From a bacterium (GTDB lineage: Bacteria > BMS3Abin14), in assembly GCA_020349685.1 (NCBI GenBank), contig CP070698.1:1953734-1970718 (forward strand): 16,985 nucleotides of DNA, read 5' to 3'. A model generated the notes under the pieces. It was not told the origin of the DNA, searched no databases, and was given only the letters and a program-made list of their open reading frames with translations. Positions 16,752 to 16,985 of the stretch are shown here, in pieces. The first letter of the stretch is position 1, and each line of letters opens with the position of its first letter. A program made the position numbers and the translations under genes.

Positions 16752-16826
16752 ACCAAAGCCCAAAGACCAAAGCCCAAAGGGGGCGGAAAGGTTTTTCTTT
16801 GGACCTTGGACTTTGGACCTTGGACT
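16750..16826. repeat. Inverted pair of tandem heptamer arrays with 14-nt higher-order period: (AGACCAA AGCCCAA)2AG / (CTTTGGA CCTTGGA)2CT
   Basis: Read directly: left arm 16750-16779, right arm 16797-16826, with a 17-nt spacer. The arms give 24 of 30 Watson-Crick pairs. Confidence 0.9.
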
Positions 16827-16852
16827 GTACGAGCTATACAAGGGAATAGCGT

Positions 16853-16985
16853 ATGCCTGTCCGTTTCTCCAAGCGCTGGTTCCGCAGAAAGAAGGTCATC
16901 CTCGCCTCCGGGTCCCCCAGGCGCAAGGAGCTTCTGGACCTCACCGGTCTCAAGTACCAGGTGATCACACCCAACGTGGACGAAA
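16853..16985 (+). CDS. maf: Maf-family nucleoside triphosphate pyrophosphatase, 3'-truncated
   Basis: Not in the ORF track. My translation from ATG 16853 is MPVRFSKRWFRRKKVILASGSPRRKELLDLTGLKYQVITPNVDE, which has the Maf N-terminal signature ILASxSPRR..LL and a downstream VDE. AGGGA lies upstream. Confidence 0.88.
   Translation, partial: MPVRFSKRWFRRKKVILASGSPRRKELLDLTGLKYQVITPNVDE

Noticed and set aside
16750-16826. Classical Rho-independent terminator after the radical SAM gene
   Set aside because: The T-run lies inside the structure rather than after the stem, and the stem is long and mismatched. It is recorded as a repeat instead.
16813-16840. Sigma70-like promoter TTGGAC-16nt-TATACA for maf
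   Set aside because: The match is weak, the -35 candidate is part of the repeat, and the implied start site would cut off the RBS.
585-16841. Many long minus-strand and alternate-frame ORFs (e.g. 2297-3382, 4616-5863, 6007-7059, 14015-15067, 15309-16391)
   Set aside because: They are shadows of well-supported + strand genes in GC-rich DNA and have no recognisable motifs.

Overview
GC-rich bacterial DNA holding most of a canonical division/cell-wall (dcw) operon on the + strand. The order is 5'-truncated ftsI (with a C-terminal PASTA-like domain), murE, murF, mraY, murD, ftsW, murG, murC, murB, ddl, ftsQ, ftsA and ftsZ. These are followed by a radical SAM gene and the 5' end of a Maf-family gene. 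Gene order and the FtsZ tail suggest a deltaproteobacterial (Desulfobacterota-like) host, which is an inference. Genes overlap or are 6 nt or less apart, except at three 100-125 nt gaps (murG-murC, ftsA-ftsZ, rSAM-maf). Each gap holds the same architecture built from a different unit: 4-5 tandem 7-8-mers followed by an inverted array of a near-complementary unit, starting at the upstream stop codon. The mismatches between arms are periodic and mostly A-C on the mRNA strand, i.e. G-U on the antisense strand. These elements are the most unusual feature of the window.
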